From positions 186,001 to 250,000 of the forward strand of contig NW_026867489.1 in NCBI RefSeq assembly GCF_020745735.1: a DNA stretch of 64,000 bases. Reading direction: 5' to 3'. The position numbers and the translations under genes were made by a program. The notes under the pieces are model-generated. The model was not told the DNA's origin and did not search any database. It was given only the letters and a program-made list of their open reading frames with translations. The DNA comes from Hemiscyllium ocellatum. Lineage: Eukaryota. The first letter of the stretch is position 1. Each line of letters opens with the position of its first letter. Of this stretch, positions 63,994 through 64,000 are shown piece after piece.

Positions 63994-64000
63994 TTCTCCT

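Larger units (their letters stand above)
37996..64000 (+). repeat. Near-identical second copy (A') of 2665-28644
   Basis: Offset about 35328-35356 throughout. Only scattered SNPs and indels (about 9 substitutions in 4070-5600 by eye). Confidence 0.98.

Noticed and set aside
1-64000. TCR D, J or C segments; CRISPR arrays; prokaryotic or phage systems
   Set aside because: No 12-RSS/FGxG J motif or C exon was found. The sequence is intron-containing vertebrate DNA with no short regularly spaced repeat arrays.

Overview
This is eukaryotic genomic DNA, almost certainly from a cartilaginous fish. The inference rests on an HE1-type SINE, shark-type CR1 and Penelope retroelements, a GPR139-like GPCR and shark-like TCR V motifs. 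No intact host gene is present. The window holds disabled T-cell-receptor alpha/delta-type V segments, two per full unit in convergent orientation, each with a 23-bp-spacer RSS, plus fainter V relics. These are interleaved with a two-exon rhodopsin-class (GPR139-like) GPCR carrying one in-frame TGA, and the whole is riddled with CR1, Penelope and SINE insertions. Architecture: unit A (1-28491); a diverged, deleted, mosaic paralogous unit B (28492-37895); a 100-N gap (37896-37995); then a copy of 2665-28644 that is >99% identical by eye (37996-64000), which is either an uncollapsed haplotype or a very recent segmental duplication. Shared versus private lesions give a relative chronology: V pseudogenisation, A/B duplication, lineage-specific TE insertions, then the A/A' split. 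The most speculative lead is an orphan signal-peptide exon behind a TCR-type CRE decamer, splicing in phase to an open frame whose aromatic-residue spacing resembles an MHC class I alpha-1 domain. All alignments and counts were done by eye; TE boundaries without TSDs are approximate.
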